The notes beneath the pieces were generated by a model that ran no database searches, was not told the DNA's origin, and was given only the letters and a program-made list of their open reading frames with translations. Made by a program: the position numbers and the translations under genes. Below are positions 38,555 through 51,832 of a DNA stretch of 64,000 nt, in pieces; within the stretch, counting starts at the first letter, position 1, and every line of letters begins with the position of its first letter. Source of the DNA: Camelus ferus (lineage: Eukaryota); the NCBI RefSeq assembly GCF_009834535.1, contig NC_045697.1, positions 15,316,001 to 15,380,000 of the forward strand, written 5' to 3'.

Positions 38555-40237
38555 CCTACTTCAGCCCCCAGAAAAAAGATGCAATGTCAGTTAGTGTTTC
38601 CTTTCATAGAAGCAGGAATTATTACGTGCTTACCCTGATAAACGCACTGGCGATACATTAACTGACCTACCAAGCAGCACAGGGCGAAACCCCCTCACTG
38701 AGATGAGTGGGACGCGTTTCCAGCCCAGGGGTGTCAGCTGCAGAAGCGCCGTCATTTTCCTCCGCGAGCACAACTGTCTATTTCCAAGTAACTACTAGAA
38801 TATTCTGAGATTGGATTAAGCTAAAAGCAGCCAGCCTAACAATGCTTCAGCTACATATCTGCACCTTTTCAATGATTACTGTCAACTACTAAAAGCTTGG
38901 AACACCATCTGAATATTATCACTGCTTCTCTTGAATGAAGAGGCATTTTCCAGAGATCAAGCATCACAAAAGCGCTACATAACAATATGAATTGGAAGGT
39001 CCTGGGAGATATAAAAAGAAGCACAAAGAAAGGAGGATAAAGGTAGCAGTAGTAATTGCCTTCTCTGCAAAGAGAGACAAATCAAAAAAGCTTCTGTTTT
39101 AAGAATTTTTATAGAAGGAAGTATTTCCATGACAACTGGGTACTTAGTTATTCTAATTGTGGGAGAAACAAAGCATCTAAAAAGTCAGGAAATATGTTCT
39201 AAGCACACAGAATAAACCCCAGCGAAACTAGGAACATTGATGTTTTGTCAAAAGTAGGGAAAATTCACCACCAGACTTTTAATTTTAACTCAATATTAAA
39301 GAGTGACAATGTTTAAGATTCTCTAGATTGTTTAGGTAAGATGTGAGCTCATAAGCTTGGCTTGAGATCCATGTTACTCTATGCATCCATAACCTTTATC
39401 TTCAAGTTAATTTTTGAAAATTAAATTGATTGAAGGAACTAGGGAATGTTTTCAAACTGAACCTGATAGAAATATAACAAAATCATGGAGGTTAATTTAA
39501 ACGAATGCTAACTGAATGGTCTGATTTATCAGAAGAGCACAAAAGACATTGCAAACAAAATCCTATTTCAGTTTATCCTAAGATTTGCTTAGAAATATCA
39601 TGTACTAGTTAAAGTAATCTACGGTGCAGCCAGGTGACCTAAATCAACAAGTCTAGTCTAAGCTTAAATGAAATATGGAAGACAGACAAGAATGACTCGT
39701 TTTAATGCAATGCCATTCTAATCCAAATTGACCATTTTCCCTTTGAGGAATTCTGTTGTGTTGCATGCAGATCATTGCCTCAAAATATGGAATTCCTTTC
39801 TCATTCTCCTGAAACATATTTCTCCTGACCCCTTCAAGAGTTCCCCACTTTAAAACTGAGTGTGTGTTATTGACAATCAGTATGTACAATTGAAGTGGTA
39901 ATGAATGCATGGTCTTTAGACATTTAGAGGTGGAAGATTCTGGTCCTAGTTCTGCTTTAGTCACTTCCTAGTTCTTGATATAGAGGAAATCGTTCGACTT
40001 CTCTAAACCTCAGTTTTCTCATCTGTTTAAAAGGAATAAAAAATGATGCCAATCTAAGATATTCACTCAGCAAATTATACTGTGTACCAGGCAAGAGTTT
40101 AAGTACTGGAGAGGAAAAGAAAAGTAGGTCATTATCATTGTTTTTGAGAAATAGTCTATTAAAGAAGATGTATTTTGATTATACGTATTTGAAAGATTAA
40201 ATGATAAACTATATTTTTAAGATAGAAACAGACGATT

Positions 40238-40768
40238 CATTGAACTTAAAGGTATAAAACAAAGAATGTGGCCCACCACCCAGTTCTCCAGGGATCAAGT
40301 CACTAGATGCTGCAGTTGCTGACCTACAGGACACCCTGAAAGGAATTTGGGGTGAAAAACAGGATGAGGCTTTCTGTGCTTTGGGAAAACAGGCACAACA
40401 AGGCCTTAGATAATTAGATGTTTTTCCTGAAAAAAAAAATTATGAACCCAATTCTTGCATCTTTCCATACTTAGAAGAGCACTAAAATCATTAACAGTAT
40501 CTGATCCTTGTGACTAACAATAACCTTCCACCAAAATGTAAGCTTGGCTGCACATACTCCTTAGCCAACATCATATGCATACTGGCTTCTCCCTCTGCCT
40601 CTTCAGAGCAGCTCCTCAGAGCTACCGGAGAGACTGTCTCCCAGCTCCCAGGCTATAGTTTTCAGTAAAATGTCTGAATAAAACTGAAACTCACAGCTCT
40701 CACTCTGAGTGCTTGGTTATTATAATTATTTTTTTGCTGTTGTTTTATTTTTTTAATTTCAGTCAACA
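40238..40768 (+). mobile_element. ERV1-class solo LTR (MER41/MER39-like group)
   Basis: ccctgaaaggaatttgggg...ctgtgctttgggaaaac...gagactgtctccc...AATAAA (~40677)...ttcagtcaaca terminus. Confidence 0.75.
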
Positions 40769-41243
40769 AAAATGGGAGATAACTATTCTTTGGGAAGATA
40801 GAAAAGGTTATTCAGGGGCAAAGACATTTGAGCTGTCTTACAATGTAAGTATAGTTAATGGAGGAAAGGAGGAGGAGAGGCAGGAAGAAAAAGGACTCTA
40901 GGATGAAAAAATAATGTATGCTCAGGTTCCAGGGCTTGAAGGTGAATGACCCAAAGTTCAGTGAGGCTGGAGCATACAGCAAGTCAGGGGTGACAAGGAC
41001 AGAGAAGAAGGCAGCCAGACAGTGAAGTGTTTAATATGCCATATTGAGAAATTGGGAATTTGTCCACAGGAAAATAGGGAGATGATATATGTTGCAACAA
41101 CTAGGAGTAACACAATGGGACTTTTTATTCCCTGAAAGTTAAGAGGCTTTTGCCACCCACTGTAATCTGAAGCTAGTTTCAACTAGTCCTAGAGCATGTG
41201 TTTACTCAAATCCTCCAGGATGATGTCAGAAGTCGGTGGCAGG

Positions 41244-41431
41244 TAAGGTGACCAACTCACTCCCTAGGATTTTCTCAGTTTTACAATCAAACATCCCACT
41301 TCCTGGGAACCTTCTCAGTCTTAGTCAAATTGGGATATACCAGGACGCTCCAAAATTTTGCCCTCAAAGTTCTGTGTCCCAGGACCCTCTCCATCCAAGG
41401 CCTGGGCAAACTGAGACAGTTCATTACCTTA
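41244..41431. mobile_element. MER94-like hAT-Blackjack element
   Basis: Terminal inverted repeats taaggtgaccaact ... agttcattacctta and an internal cctgggcaaactgagac motif. Confidence 0.7.
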
Positions 41432-43764
41432 GCTCTAGCTGCAAGACTGATGGTGAGAATGGTGGGAGCAGATGGATCCTGACCATAGATATGTGAATTG
41501 GGTTAAGCTGCTCTCGACTACAAGTACAAATAGTTCTTTCCACAATCCTGGGAAACTGAAGGTGGGGATATATATATGTGAATATACACATATTCCTGGT
41601 AAAACACATATTTACTAAATTAACATTACTATATACATCAATACAAGTTTCTGATTCATTCATCCCCTTCTGCACAATCTCATTAAAGATAAAAGGTAGT
41701 CTTTTAGCCTAATAATGCCTCAGCAAGACACAGCGTTTGCGCTTAAACTCTAAAGGATGTTGAAGACTTTGAGCAATTGAGAACGTAGTGAATGAGTGTG
41801 TCTCAGAGGCATGAGGACACAGGGTGGGATGTAAAATTTCAGTATTAGTGGCACTGCTGACTTTGAGCATGAGGATAAATGAATCTTCCTGACCTGAGTA
41901 GACACAGTAGGGTAAGCAGATGTCAGAAACAAGGAGGAAGGTCAAAAAGGAAGACAGGACGAGAACAAGCAGTGGTGGACTCCCTGCATCCACCCGATAC
42001 GTTGACAGACACGGATGCATGGGAGCAGTGAAGATGTGTTTCATACCACCCTCCTAAGTCCACATAAACTGGCTCTTTTCTGGCAGTGGACTGTGTCCAT
42101 GTGTCTTTCTAGTTATTGCAGGGCATAGGACAGAGCTAGACACAAAACTTAGAATCATAATCACTGTGTGTAACATTTAGAATGTGGAATAATGATAAAC
42201 CCATCCTGGAACGCATTCGAAAGTAATTTTACACCAAAACACCAAAAGATCTCAATGTAAGATCGTTTTCCCATAAAGATGGTCCAGCTGCATAAACGAC
42301 CAAAACAGCATTATAAATAGACCCCAATGTGTCTGCAATGTTCAAGGGAAATGCAAAGTATGGAGCATGCAACCCATTTGTTTGGGGGTGCTTATGTAAT
42401 ACCTACCCTCCAAGGAAAGAGCAAGAGGACTTTTGCAGTCAGCCGAGCATGGTTGCCAAGTTGGGTTTTCAACTTACTGTCTTGATTAAATAAACACTGT
42501 AATGATCTAAAAGCTAATACTTAAATTTCTAAAGTGCTTCTTTTTTTTTATCATTTCCTGGGGAATCTGCTTTACTTCAGAGGCATTTAGTTGTTGTAAA
42601 CTGAAGCTAAACTGAGAGGGAGAACATCCTAGAAGATTCTTCTAAAACTTTGTTGGTCTATTTTGGTTTATTGAGAGTAGTATTTGCCCTTAACATTTCA
42701 GTGCTTAACTGTTTCACTAATTCATAATGAGTGCATGCATGTGTGTAAAGGCTTTAAATTATTCACAGAAAAATATTCTATATTAAGGAATGAGATAATT
42801 ATATTTTAAAAAGCACAAAACAGAAAGAACTAATAAATATCATCATACCTCAAATGCAATAAGCAATAAAAAGTAAATATACTACCATAATAACATTGTA
42901 GTTGGTGTTAAAATTATGAAAAGAAATGAGTAGTAAGCAAATTCAAAAATAAAGAAGACAAACTTTGCATAATATGCTTTGCAGTATTATGTATAGAAAA
43001 TATTAAATACATAAATTTAATATTTATAAATTACATTCTAAATGGCCACTAAAAATAATCTCAACCCCAGGTCATACATCCAGAGGCTTTGTATAAAATG
43101 TGCTTTTCAAGGAATGAACATATTAGGATGGTAATATAGTATAGCAGTTCTACCTAACTCTAGTTTTAAAATATCACTCATCACATGGTATGAGAGGTAA
43201 GATCAGAAACCCTGTGAGCCCTGGAGTCTTATGGTATCCTTTTTTTTTTGGAAGAATATCTACTAATATCTTGAAACTCATTTGTGTAGCATGGAATATA
43301 GTTTAGGAAATTCTGGTTAAATTATGACAAGAATCCTCATAAAGTGTACACTAAAAATAAAATTTAGACCACAGGGCCAATTTTACAGCTGTCTTTGCCC
43401 CATTAAATGAGCAAGTCATCTAATAATTCTAATGCCTACTTACGTGTTTGAATGATGTATAAATTAACATTTTAAGTATTTGAAAATGAGTTACGTGTGG
43501 CTATTCACATGCTGTCTCAATTTGTCACAAGTACTTGCACTAGCCCCCACGGAGGGTGTGAGAAAATCCAAGGATGTGTGGAGTCATCCATGGAGACGTC
43601 TCGAGGATAGACTAGGGGACCCTCCGTCCAATGCTCTACCTTCACATATCGTGAGCCTCGCCCTTTCCTCTCTTCGGTTCTGAAGGGATTCAAACCTTTG
43701 ACGGCTCCCAGGGCCAATTCAGCCTCTATTTTCCAGTGAAATCAATGTTGCAAAGTCATTTGGG

Positions 43765-44010
43765 ATGTGTAACTTGAAGAAAGGCAGGGATATGATTATA
43801 ACCTTCAAGTTGTTAAAGCAGCATCCGAGGGAAGAAGGGCAAGACAGAGTCTATTTTTCCAGAATCAGACAAATGAGCAGGACATTAGCTGAAGGGCAAC
43901 AGTTTTCACTCAGACCCACTAAGAACTCCAACAACTAGAAAAATGAGAAGGTGTCCCTGATGCCACAGTCACTTGTCATCACTGGAAGTTCATACAAAGA
44001 GAGTAAACAG
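43765..44010 (+). mobile_element. CR1/L3 3' fragment
   Basis: gggatatgattataaccttcaag...gaagaaggg...catcactggaagttc. Confidence 0.55.
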
Positions 44011-44849
44011 CAACATCTTAAATTTCTGTGGTCCCGTCAACCTCCTAAATTTAAAAAAATTGACATCTTCTGACCCCTTCAAGGAGTATTAAAGTGACAG
44101 AGCACACAGGTTCATGTGCTCAGTTGTCATGCGTGCCTGATATGAATTATAAGAGGAATAAAAACCACTGACTGCAAAGCCTGATACCGAGTGCCCTGAC
44201 CCGCTGTGCCCCGGCACCATCCTGCCAGTGACAGTATCCAGGACACCTTCCCTACCAATTAGATTACAAATCCACACAAACTGCCGTTGGGTCACTGTAA
44301 TTTGCTTACCTGGATCTATTCATTCATGCTGGATTTTATGCTAACTCTTCAAAAGTTACTCCTGTGTGCTGTTTCTCAGCAACTATCACATCATGCTCCA
44401 GATGGGATGCTGTTACATTTCTGGATGAAGAACAATGGTTCCCATTTTCCATTTAGACATAATTATGCTTCTGACAACTACCTGGGCCAAGTAGGGTCAC
44501 AATATGTGAGAGAGTGCCTGTGGGCTGCTGGATAGCTGTGGGCCTGTCTAAGAAGTCCTTAATCATAATTTTGAACAGATTCTGTAGAATGTGATCCCTG
44601 AATATGTTACACTTTCAAGTAAATTAAAACAAGACTCAGATCAAATTTCTTCTCTGGGCCAGGGAAAGCATGTTCTCTATGTCTGGGGGAAACAAGGATG
44701 GTGAGAATTACAGTAACCTCCCTTTTTTTCCTCCAGATCTGGATTATGGTATGCCACTGAGGGGACCATTTGCTTGTATAATAAGAACAAGAAAAAATCA
44801 TCAATATTTACTGTGTAGTTATTATGTGACAAACACTCTGCGAAGTACT

Positions 44850-45260
44850 TTTGTTCATTCAGACATTCATTCAACAAATATTTCTTTTTTTATTGAAGTA
44901 TAGTTGATTTACCAACAAATATTTCTCAATTGCCTCCTTGGTGCTTGACAGTGTTCCCAGCACTGCAGAGTCAGTGGTGAACGGGACAAAAATAATTCTT
45001 GCCTTCATGGAGTGAGTGGACTGGGGCAGAGGGGAGGGGATAGGAGATAAACTAGAAATCAAAGAAATAATGTGAGTTTTGAAAAATGCTATAAGTAAGG
45101 TAAAATGGATGCTTTGTGACCACAAAAAAAAAAAAATGAAGAGGAAACGGTGAGGAGAGGCAATCAGAGGTGGTGACACATAGGGTGAAGCGTCAGTTGT
45201 GTCAGAACCTTCTAGACATAGGAGTCAGCACACAGGAGGACCTGGAGCAGCAGTGAAGAT
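44850..45260 (-). mobile_element. L2 3' end
   Basis: cattcattcaacaaatattt...cactgcagagtcagtggtgaac...tgccttcatggag. Confidence 0.65.
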
Positions 45261-45579
45261 CTCAGAGCTCTACATGCATCATTTTGCCATTTATTCCCCC
45301 AATCAATCTTAAGATGTGGGCATCATTAGTCCCATGGAACAGGTGATAAAACTGATGTAAGCTGCCCACGTTCACATAGATAAGTGTTAAAGCTGGTGCT
45401 TCAATTGCCATCAAGTTACAGAGATGTCTCTTCCTCCCTTTTAACTTAATAGAAACCCACTACCCACATTATCATGATACCGTTCCTTTTTTTGCTTGAC
45501 AATATATCCTAAGGATCTCTACAAATGAAAGTGGTTAGTTACTACCTTTTTCTCCATCACTTTAGAATGTATACACCCA

Positions 45580-45999
45580 TAGGTTAGTTTCCTAAGGCTG
45601 TCCTTAAAAACATGCCTCAAACTGGGTGGCTTAAATCACAGATGTTTTGGTCTCATAGTTCTGGGGGCTATAGGTCTGAACTCAAGGTGTTGGCAACCCT
45701 GGTTCCTTCCAAGCGCTCTGAGGGAAGGATTTGTCCCAGGCCTCTCTCCTAGCTTCCGTTAGCCTCAGGCATCCCCGGGCCTGCAGACGGCCATCTTCTT
45801 CCTGCGTCTTTTCGCACCATCTTTTCTGTGCCCAAATTTCGCCGTTTATAAGAACACAGTTGTATTGGATTACTGCCCACCGTAATCACCTTGATTTGAT
45901 TACCTCTATAAAGACTCTCCAAATAAAGTCACGCTGTGAGGTACAGGAGTGTAGGACTTCAACACATCAATTTCACAGGACACAGTTCAGCCCATAACA
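45580..45999 (-). mobile_element. MaLR LTR (MLT1B/C-like)
   Basis: ttagtttcctaaggctg...aaactgggtggcttaaa...caggcctctctcctagcttc...ccaaataaagtcac...cacagttcagcccataaca. Confidence 0.85.
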
Positions 46000-46583
46000 A
46001 CCTGCACATATTCTTTTACAAAAACGGGGTTGTTTCACAAGCTGGGATGCTTTCATTGTTTCTGGTTTGTTTATTTGTATAGAAATTTCTCTTAGTTTTG
46101 TTTTATTTCCTCTTCCCCAACTACATTCTCCACCCTGACAGCCACAGTCATCACTCTAAGGTAACCCGCGTTAGCACCTCGTTTATGCTTTTCTTATCTT
46201 ATTTTCTTATCTACGCACACATACAGGGAGATTTGTTGTGCTTTATAAAATATGAATTACAAACACTACTCTTCATGTTATCTTTCTCACTTAACAATAC
46301 CAGTCGTAGAGGCATATTCAAGTCAACAAGTATAACTTGAACATTTCTTTCAGGAATACAATAGTATCTTACAATGTACAGGGGCCATAATTCATCCTGC
46401 CCTCTTCATGTGTCAGGCTTTCTCAAGCATTGGCAGTACTGGTTCTCTTATTCAGAGGTCCGTGTGGTTTATACTCTCAAGGAGATAAGCAGCTTGGATG
46501 TGGTACCGTGTGAAAGCCTGCATGATCCATCACCAGGAATTAGCATCCCTGCCCTCAGTCAGTAACACAACTCTACAACTTTA

Positions 46584-47712
46584 TTTTTTTATTTTTTGAC
46601 TTTTTAAACATTTTTTATTGATTTATAATCATTTTACAATGTTGTGTCAAATTCCAGTGTAGAGCACAATTTTTCAGTTATACATGAACATACATATATT
46701 CATTGTCACATTTTTTTCTCTGTGAGCTACCATAAGATCTTGTATATATTTCCCCATGCTATACAGTATAATCTTGTTTATCTGTTCTACATTTTGAAGT
46801 CTCAGTCTATCCCTTCCCACCCTGTGCCCCTCTGGCAACCACAAGTTTGTATTCTATGTCTATGAGTCTGTTTCTGTTTTGTATTTATGTGTTTTTTGGG
46901 GGGTTTTTGTTTTGTTTTGTTTTTTTAGATTCCACATATGAGCGATCTCATATGGTATTTTTCTTTCTTTTTCTGGCTTACTTCACTTAGAATGACATTC
47001 TCCAGGAACATCCATGTTGTTGCAAACGGCGTTATGTTGTCGGTTTGTACAGCTGAATAGTATCCATTGTATAAATATATTCATCTTCTTTATCCAGTCA
47101 TCTGTTGATGGACATTTAGGCTGTTTCCATGTCTTGGCTATTGTAAATAGTGCTGCTATGAACATTGGGGTGCAGGTGTCATTTTGGAGTAGGGTTCCTT
47201 CTGGATATATGCCCAGGAGCGGAATTCCTGGGTCATACCATAAGTCTATTCCTAGTCTTTTGAGGAATCTCCATACTGTTTTCCACAGTGGCTGCATTCC
47301 AAACTGCATTCCCACCAACAGTGTAGGAGGGTTCCCCTTTCTCCACAGCCTCTCCAGCATTTGTCATTTGTGGACTTTTGAATGATGGCCATTCTGACTG
47401 GTGTGAGGTGATACCTCATTGCAGTTTTGATTTGCATTTCTCTGATAATTCGTGATATGGAGCATTTTTTCATGCACCTATTGATCATTTGTATGTCTTC
47501 CTTGGAGAATTGCTTGTTTAGGTCTTCTGCCCATTTTTGGATTGTGTTGTTTGTTTTTTTCTTATTGAGTCGTATGAGCTGCTTATATATTCTGGAGATC
47601 AAGCCTTTGTTGGTTTCATTTGCAAAAATTTTCTCCCATTCCGTAGGTTGTCTTTTTGTTTTACTTATGGTTTCCTTTGCTGTGTAGAAGCTTGTAAGTT
47701 TCATTAGGTCCC
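46584..47712 (-). mobile_element. Young 5'-truncated lineage-specific L1 (ORF2 C-terminus, 3'UTR, A-rich tail)
   Basis: ORFs 47252-47740 and 46983-47360 encode recognisable L1 ORF2 sequence ([35 protein letters not shown] knuckle, [34 protein letters not shown]), split by a frameshift near 47295. Degenerate TSD aactctacaacttta (46569-46583) / aaccctacgccttta (47715-47729). Confidence 0.95.
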
Positions 47713-47973
47713 GTAACCCTACGCCTTTAAATGCAGCCATTCAATGAGGGCTTTGGGATTCAGGCCTTCTTCCTAATCCATTCACAAAATTATTCAGCAT
47801 AGAGGTTTAGTCTTCACTTCCATGATCCTCAGTCCCCTCATCTGCTCCCTAGGATTGCTAGAAGAACTGATTTCAGGAAGCTTTTCTTCAGTCAGCATGA
47901 TCAATCCACAGAAAGTATTCAATAAACATGATTCCTTTTATTACCATAATGCTTACTTTCTCTTTCTTATTTT

Positions 47974-48098
47974 TTTTTCTTGGGGGTGGCATTAACTAGG
48001 TTTATCTATCTATCTATTTATTAATAGGTACTGGGTATTGAACCCAGGACCTCATGCATGCTAAGCGTGCACTCTACCGCCAAGCTATACCCTCCCTC
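47974..48098 (-). mobile_element. tRNA-derived camelid SINE (Vic-1-like)
   Basis: Reverse complement GAGGGAGGGTATAGCTTGGCGGTAGAGTGCACGCTTAGCATGCATGAGGTCCTGGGTTCAATACCCAGTACC plus tail. 13-bp TSD tctttcttatttt at 47961-47973 and 48100-48112. Confidence 0.9.
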
Positions 48099-50339
48099 TT
48101 CTTTCTTATTTTGACTACTTTTATAATCTCATCAGCTGACTTTTTATAATCATTTAGTGGTATTATTTAAAGGGACTTTATAAATTCCTCATTGCCAATG
48201 GTGCCAACACATTGGCTGCCCTGCTGAATTTCATCACTAAGAAGTTTCCTGCGAGAAGAGGGAGAGAAGTTGGGAGACGTGACAGAGCAGACAACCACCG
48301 AAGATTCTCCAACATCAATTGCCCACAAACATATGGATAAAAATTATGGTTGAAAATATTGGAAAAGAAATTGAAGTATTTAATTATGATCAAAATAAGA
48401 CATTTTTTAGGTAATTATATTGATTTTTCTGTGTTATAGTTTTATAAAAATAACTTGACTAAGAAGTATCAGGAAATGAAACAAAGACCGCTAAAGCTAA
48501 AAACATAAAAACAAAAAGCCAAAAAGCACTGTTTGCCAAGCAAGAGAACATCAGTGAATAAAACCACTGTTTAGTTTACTAGGAGGGAAAAACTAGGGTT
48601 TCAAGAATTAGGAAGGGGATTTTGTGGTGGTTATGCTTATTAAGCACTGAAAGCAGTCACTTGGATGGCACAGAATGAGTCTAGAAGTCTATAATGTTTT
48701 GCTAAACAATTTCCATTGTTCATTGTTCAAAAAAAGATCTTCAATATGGTCTAGTATGAGTCTGGTTTACTGGGCCACTTAAAATTCATAGTAATTTGTT
48801 AGTTCAACTGGTTAGGGCCAACTGTGATAAAATACACTTTAAATTTTGATATCACATTAGCAAGTGTTCCTGTCCATTGAAGACATTCATTTCCCAGAAG
48901 AAACAAAGATCCTAATTTCTAAATATTCATTGTGTCAATTAATGTGCCATCTCTGCTGTTAGATCAAAGAATGATTAAAATTCTAAAATATTTTGAATAA
49001 AGTTTTAAAATTAGATTCAAACCTAAATTTAGAGTTTTTAATATATCCAAATTATTTTGAGTAGAACTGATAACTCTAGATTTACATTCCAACACTTTAA
49101 TCATGACAGGTATTAGGAAATGCAATGAAAAATATAAAGTGTTTTTGACACTCTTGAAAAGATAACCACAAAGCAACTCAAGAGGAAGTCAAAGCTATAA
49201 AGGAACACAATTCAGTGTCCCCGGTAGACAGCAGACTGGGATAACTTCCTGTGATACGCTCAGTCAAAAGGAAATGGGTGTAAAATGTAGATGTCCAGGA
49301 GGCGGAAAATAAATACAAGAAAAAAAGCTCAAGTTTTACTAACTAAAAGGCTTCCAAAAACCTGCACGGTAATAGGTGTGTGAGGAATAATCTCTATCAG
49401 ATGAAACAGTGTAATATTCATGCAGAAGCAACTTCTGAATATATAAAAATATTATTGGCAGCAACACTCCCTTAAGCCTACGTTACTGTATTTTTCATTC
49501 AATTATGTTATCTCATGTCTTTGGGACTCACGATCAAGCGTTAGGCTCTCATGTGGCAAAATATCTTTCCCTCAGCCGACTTAGGATGCCCAAAGCCAAA
49601 CGAGAACTTAACTGAAGGAGTCATTTCATGCAGGCCCTAGAAAAGGAATGCTATTTTGGTCTCCAGAAAAATTAGCTAAAGATAGTCTCAAATTTCAGAA
49701 AAACATCATGAGCTTATGTTTTCCCAATCTTCATTTAGAAATAGAATATTCAAATGTTTCATTCTCTTTTGCATTATGCCAGGATTATAATCTATGAATA
49801 TCAAATGAGCAGTATATGCAAAATAACAATGACCTTTTGCATGTCTTTCAGTTTTTATTATTTCCTAGAGGACACAGGCAGCAGAAGCACCTCCATTCCT
49901 GGTCAAGGTTCTTCTCAGTGAATGAGACTGCTGGGTGCAAATACAGGGGCTCCTGGAGAGAGGGATGATGGAGGTACAGCATAAGAGGAATTCCAAGAGA
50001 TGAGCCATTAACATTTCATTCACAAAGAGAAAAGACTTATTTGGCTGGTATTCCCAATTTCAGGCATATTTACCACCGGAGAGGACAAGGTATAGACTTC
50101 AGTAAGGCATCTACATGGACTGAAGAACTGGCCATGAGGCTGTTACGACAGGTGATTTCTAAGAACATTCCAGGTCTCTGCCGAGAGTCACAGGTAGGCC
50201 CTGTCCCTTCTCCAGCACACACTGGGTTAAAGGGATTCTTCAACAAAACTTCAAAAGCACAGTCTGAGACAAAAGAGCGTTATTCTGGTCTCACCAAAAT
50301 TAAGGAAATTTACAAAGGGGTTAGTGAGTGAAAGAAAGG

Positions 50340-51230
50340 AAGATGAAATGCACAAGGTCTTAAACCAAGGTGTCAATATCTAGCACCGGCTGGGAGCTCC
50401 TACCGTCAGCTGGAGGACTGCAGAAAATGGGCCAAGGGAACAGACAAGCAGTGTACAGAAGAAATACAAACGCGCATGAGAATTTGAAAGGATATTCAAA
50501 ATTATTACAATCAGGAAAAGGCAAACAAAGACACCAGGGAGATACCACATTGTATCTTTTAAACTGGCAACAATTAGAGTGCCACAGATTGCCCAGTGTC
50601 CCTGAGGGTTGTGGGGGCTGTCATGAACTGCCAGTGAGAGTGATGACTGGTGGAGGCATTCTGGAAAGCAATCCGGCACTACCTGGACACATATATATTC
50701 TTATATTTATATTTATATTTATATTTATATTTATATTTATATTTATATTTATATTTATATATGTCACGGGATACCTGTCCAGGATGGATAATCCCAAGAA
50801 AATTCTCACACAGCTCCATAAAGATCAGTTCAAAGCACTGTTTGGATTGGTAAAGAATTTGAGGTAACCTGAGTGCCCATCATGGGGAGAGAGGAAAGGC
50901 AAAAATCCTTGTTGCCCATCACAAAGAATTACCCAGAAAGTACAAATCAGTAGATGTCAATTATACCTTAATTTTTTAAAATGCAAATTAGTTATAAACT
51001 CGGCAACAGAGATTGATCTTTAAAATGTGCTGTCTAGTGGGAAAGAGTAAGAAGCAATTAGAGATCTACATATAAATCCATATAAACTTAAATACACCTG
51101 CATAAAGCACTTGGCCAGAATACATTCATATTAAATAATGTACATTAAACACATTAAAATAACTGCTCTTGGGGGTATGAGATTTTTTGAAATGCAATTT
51201 TTATAATGAAATAAGATGTGTGTATAACCA
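50340..51230 (+). mobile_element. Ancient L1 (L1ME-like) ORF2 end / 3'UTR
   Basis: gaaaatgggccaaggg...gagataccacatt...gcattctggaaagcaat...gttcaaagcactgttt. Confidence 0.65.
50702..50760. repeat. (TATATT)~10 hexamer microsatellite
   Basis: Read directly from the sequence. It is the source of the IFIFIF/INININ/YLYLYL ORF artefacts. Confidence 0.95.
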
Positions 51231-51801
51231 GGAAATAATATCAGGCCCAGAAAACTAAAACAGTTTGAAATCCTTCTCACTCTTCTCTAAAATCTACCTC
51301 TTTATCGTCTTTCTCCAACCCTAGCAGTTTTGGAGGAAAAGTGGGGATGAGAGAGAAAAAAGGGGAGGGGGGCTGAGAGCATATATGTGGATGGAGACAG
51401 GACAGGGTAGAAACTGAGTAATATCATAACATCACAAAAATCCAGGTCTTTTCCTAGAACAATCCGAATGGTTATAACAAAACCTGTATCAGTTTATTTT
51501 TCCCCTAAATAATGATATTCTTCATTGTCATCACTGTCTACATTAGCTAGTACATAATCTTTAGTTGTGACTTAAGCAATTAACAGAGTAAGATTTTAAA
51601 AATCAAGACTTCCTGCAAACTTCTTCATTTCTCACTCATTTACATGCATTTTATCCTTTAATTTACGTCTTTTTTTCTCCCTTTCTGTCTAGCTCAACTT
51701 TTGAAAATTGGTCACCATCTCTGTCTGCTAAGATCAGTTCCCTCAGATCAGTCATGCTTGTATGTATATGTAAGCTGTAGGCACATGTGTGATGATAATT
51801 T

Positions 51802-51832
<31 letters not shown>

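Noticed and set aside
38002..40768. Two same-strand LTRs 1.7 kb apart as one provirus; MER41-type interferon (GAS) enhancer
   Set aside because: The LTRs are not similar to each other and there is no PBS or gag/pol remnant between them. I found no intact TTCnnnGAA in 40238-40768.
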